A stretch of DNA of 64,000 nucleotides from contig OZ244587.1 of NCBI GenBank assembly GCA_965218095.1, positions 1,152,001 to 1,216,000 on the forward strand, given 5' to 3'. This DNA comes from Candidatus Poribacteria bacterium. GTDB taxonomy: Bacteria; Poribacteria; WGA-4E; PCPOR2b. The position numbers and the translations under genes are program-made. Under the pieces are notes generated by a model. That model worked only from the letters and a program-made list of their open reading frames with translations, was not told the origin of the DNA and searched no databases. Shown here piece after piece: positions 60,967-64,000 of the stretch. Position 1 is the first letter of the stretch, and every line of letters starts with the position of its first letter.

Positions 60967-62632
60967 GATGAATAAACTCCGTCGTCTGAATCCAGAGGTT
61001 CACGCGCTTTTGGAGAGAATTTTTCAGTACAAAGATGGCAAAGGCGATTATTCCGTGGATCGACACAAATGGATGGAGACGCTTGATGAGGAAACATTTC
61101 TGAACGAGATTCGCCAAATTGAAGCACGCGAGAAAGCTATAGCTATGGCGCATACTCAAATCACACAGCAGATTGCCAAAGAAACCTTAGCCTCTATGGT
61201 GCTCTTGGAAATGGAAGATGCCACAGGCCGGCTCCTCGGAATTGGTAGTGGATTCTTCATACAAAGTAACCAGATTGTAACCAGTTTTCACGTTATTGAG
61301 GGAGCCAAGCGTGGTGCCGTCAAGCTGCTGGGAAACTCAACAACGTATAACATTGAGGGAATCACCGCGAAGAATGAAAAACACGATCTGGCAATTTTAC
61401 AAGTGCCAAATTTTGGAATTCCCCCCCTTTCCCTCGGTAATAGTGATACGGTCGAGATTAGCGAAATTGTGTATGTCGCGGGTAATCCAAAAGAATCGAC
61501 AGAGGCTTTCTCCTACGGTATCATCAGTAGTATCCGAGGAAGTTCTACTGACAGACGGTTCCAGATGACGGCAATGCCTCCTCCGTGGAGCAGTGGAATA
61601 CCGGTGCTAAACGAAAAGGGGGAAGTCATAGGTATTTCAGTAATGACCGTTGCAGGTGAGCAGAATCCTAATTTTATTATTCCGGTCAATTATTTCAAAA
61701 CATTGCTCACTCGGACAGAGCCGGCGAGACCTTTGTCCCAAGGGGAACCATTGGTATCTGCTGAGACTTACTTCAGGTGGGGTTATACAAAATCCGAGTT
61801 GGGTCAGTATGAATCCGCTATTGCGGATTATGACATGGCGATTCAACTCAGACCAGATTATGCAATAGCCTATAATGATCGGGGGGTTGTCAAGGGTAAG
61901 CGGGGTGAATATAAGGCTGCCATTGAAGATTATGACGAAGCAGTTCGCCTCAAACCCGATTGTGCCGTAGCCTACTACAATCGAGGCCGCACCAAAGATC
62001 AACTGGAACAAGGCTCTGCTGCGATTGAAGACTATAACATAGCAATTGACCTTGCACCGGATTACGCTGATGCCTACTATAATCGGGGAAATGCCAAGTC
62101 TACTCTGAAGCAATATAAGGCTGCGATTGAAGATTATGACAAGGCAATTAACCTCAAAATCGATTATTCTATTGCCTATAACGATCGAGGCGTGGCGAAG
62201 TCTGCCTTGAGGCAACATGAGGCTGCGATTGAAGACTATAACATAGCAATTGACCTTGCACCGGATTATGCTGATGCCTACTATAATCGGGGAAATGCCA
62301 AGTCTACTCTGAAGCAATATAAGGCTGCGATTGAAGACTATGACAAGGCGATTAACCTCAAAACCGATTATGCGATGGCCTATAACAATCGGGGAAGTGT
62401 GAAGTTCGCTTTGGAACAATATGATGCTGCGATAACCGACTATGACGAGGCGATTCGCCTCAATCCGGATTATGCCATGGCTTACTACAATCGGGGAAGT
62501 GCGAAGACTAATATAGGTCGTGTCTCGGAAGCGGCGCAGGATTTCCAAACTGCATTGGCACTCGCGGAGCAGACCGGCGATGAGGGTCTCAAAGCCATGA
62601 TTAGCAGCCCTATGGAAATTCACGTTGGATAA
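60938..62632 (+). CDS. Antitoxin-like N-terminus + trypsin-like serine protease + 8 TPRs
   Basis: GKGDYSVDRHKW; GSGF, VTSFHVI, HDLAIL, WSSGIPV; eight 34-aa TPRs. Confidence 0.85.
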   Translation: MNIRDLLEAEMNKLRRLNPEVHALLERIFQYKDGKGDYSVDRHKWMETLDEETFLNEIRQIEAREKAIAMAHTQITQQIAKETLASMVLLEMEDATGRLLGIGSGFFIQSNQIVTSFHVIEGAKRGAVKLLGNSTTYNIEGITAKNEKHDLAILQVPNFGIPPLSLGNSDTVEISEIVYVAGNPKESTEAFSYGIISSIRGSSTDRRFQMTAMPPPWSSGIPVLNEKGEVIGISVMTVAGEQNPNFIIPVNYFKTLLTRTEPARPLSQGEPLVSAETYFRWGYTKSELGQYESAIADYDMAIQLRPDYAIAYNDRGVVKGKRGEYKAAIEDYDEAVRLKPDCAVAYYNRGRTKDQLEQGSAAIEDYNIAIDLAPDYADAYYNRGNAKSTLKQYKAAIEDYDKAINLKIDYSIAYNDRGVAKSALRQHEAAIEDYNIAIDLAPDYADAYYNRGNAKSTLKQYKAAIEDYDKAINLKTDYAMAYNNRGSVKFALEQYDAAITDYDEAIRLNPDYAMAYYNRGSAKTNIGRVSEAAQDFQTALALAEQTGDEGLKAMISSPMEIHVG

Positions 62633-62661
62633 AATTTAGCAAAAGAGGAGGAAGTTGTACA

Positions 62662-63645
62662 ATGGCGGATCTGAGAGTCGGTGTTATTGGTTGTGGTGGG
62701 CACGCGCAGGGGCACTTTGCGATGATTAAAGATGAACCCCGGATGGAACTTATCTCAGTCGCAGAGATCGACGACCAACGGCTGCAGCAGGCAAAGCTCG
62801 CCCATAAACCCGAATCTGCGTTCCGCGATTACCGCGAGATGCTGGATCGAGTCGGCCTAGATGTTGTCTATGTCGTCACCATGCCCGGTCATCTGCTGCC
62901 GATTGTGGTGGAGTGTTTGGGGCGCGATCTGAACACGTCGGTCGAAAAATCGCCGGGGATGAACGTCGGAGAAACGCGGCAGATGCTTGATACCGCCCAA
63001 AATAGCAAAGGCAAAGCGATTCTGTCCGTCAATCGCCGCTACAAGCCAGAGGTTTTGGCGGTACGGAAGTTGCTGCAAGAACGGGGTGGGGCAGTTCAAG
63101 TGGCTGCGGATTACCACAAACTGCCATCGGGGTTGCAGCGTCCGGGCCTACGAGAGGTTGCGCCGCCGGAGATTATCTGCGACTCCATTCACCACGTGGA
63201 CCTGCTCCGCTGGATGGCAGGGCGCGCGCCGACCGAAGCGGCAAGCGCAGTCGAAGTTTACGGCCATTCATGGGCTGGTGAGCGAGAAGGCACGTCCCGC
63301 TACAACGCCGTCATCGCCTTCGACAACGGCTGTCACGGCACAATGATGAGCCACTACGGGGTCGGCTATCGGATTCAGACAGCGGAAGTCCACGCTGAAA
63401 ATATGTCAGCATACTTAGATCTGACGCGGACACCAAAGATCACAGTCTACCTTGACGGAAAACTGTGTGAGGAGCCGCTTGACCTCGACGCTGTCGGTGG
63501 GCCAGACTTCAACGAAACCAGCCATTTCGCGGACTGTATCCTCAATGACACCACGCCGTGGAGTCCGCTGGAGGATGCGGTGAAAACGATGGAATTGTGC
63601 GAAGCCATTGAGCGTGGACACTGTGGGGCGCTTACAACGGTGTGA
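62662..63645 (+). CDS. Gfo/Idh/MocA oxidoreductase
   Basis: IGCGGHA, VEKS, DSIHHVD. Confidence 0.9.
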   Translation: MADLRVGVIGCGGHAQGHFAMIKDEPRMELISVAEIDDQRLQQAKLAHKPESAFRDYREMLDRVGLDVVYVVTMPGHLLPIVVECLGRDLNTSVEKSPGMNVGETRQMLDTAQNSKGKAILSVNRRYKPEVLAVRKLLQERGGAVQVAADYHKLPSGLQRPGLREVAPPEIICDSIHHVDLLRWMAGRAPTEAASAVEVYGHSWAGEREGTSRYNAVIAFDNGCHGTMMSHYGVGYRIQTAEVHAENMSAYLDLTRTPKITVYLDGKLCEEPLDLDAVGGPDFNETSHFADCILNDTTPWSPLEDAVKTMELCEAIERGHCGALTTV

Positions 63646-63667
63646 AATCCAGAATGAGGAGGTTACC

Positions 63668-64000
63668 ATGGCTGAGAAAAAGTTGGGTGTGTTAATACAT
63701 GGCGCAGGATGGGTTTCGACACAGCATATCAAAGCCTTTGCGACGAATCCACACACGGAAGTAGTGGCGATCTCCAGCCGCAAACTGACAAGCTGTCAAG
63801 CCCGCGCGGAGGAGGCAGGATTGGAGGGCATTGGGCTCTACGATAACTATGAGCAAGCCCTCAAACACGACGGGATAGACATCGTTTCTGTCTGCACGCC
63901 TCAACAGTTACACCCAGAAAACACAATCACCGCAGCGGAGGCTAGGGTGCACGTTGTTATCGAAAAACCAATCGCCAACAGCATTAAGAAGATGAAAGCG
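63668..64000 (+). CDS. Gfo/Idh/MocA oxidoreductase, runs off window
   Basis: RBS GAGGAGG; MAEKKLGVLIHGAGWV...VCTPQQLH...IEKP. Confidence 0.88.
   Translation, partial: MAEKKLGVLIHGAGWVSTQHIKAFATNPHTEVVAISSRKLTSCQARAEEAGLEGIGLYDNYEQALKHDGIDIVSVCTPQQLHPENTITAAEARVHVVIEKPIANSIKKMKA

Noticed and set aside
62018-62364. Diversity-generating retroelement TR/VR pair
   Set aside because: In-frame tandem duplication, differences not adenine-specific, no reverse transcriptase
61637-62623. 328-aa repetitive antisense ORF
   Set aside because: Shadow of the TPR array
1-64000. CRISPR array, tRNA or rRNA
   Set aside because: No regularly spaced 25-45 bp repeats or recognisable RNA gene seen; the long repeats are coding

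Overview
A bacterial window dominated by small-molecule catabolic enzymes: 4 PhyH-type Fe(II)/2OG dioxygenases, 3 enolase-superfamily enzymes, 3 Gfo/Idh/MocA oxidoreductases, several amidohydrolases, a sialidase-like protein and a GH36-like glycosidase. It also encodes a dockerin protein and a trypsin-TPR protein. This content resembles Candidatus Poribacteria-type genomes (inference only). Four accessory or decaying regions are embedded. (1) ~6-16.5 kb: zwf next to an attC-like site, a MITE, an ABC/AAA-ATPase plus nuclease-like pair, and a truncated satellite/plasmid-like element (Cre-like recombinase, HTH, RHH, primase-polymerase). (2) ~25.5-29.5 kb: an integrase-less array of integron-like cassettes, including an orphan HisG-HisE fusion. 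(3) ~47.5-52.7 kb: a DUF1998 helicase locus broken by two IS1595-family insertions; one carries a secreted glycoside-hydrolase/dockerin cargo gene between 8-bp target duplications, and removing it restores the helicase frame. (4) 60.4-62.6 kb: a PIN toxin overlapping a gene whose antitoxin-like N-terminus is fused to a trypsin-like protease and 8 TPRs, a candidate protease-gated toxin-antitoxin/immune system. No rRNA, tRNA or CRISPR array was seen. All family assignments are motif recognition by eye; no searches were run.
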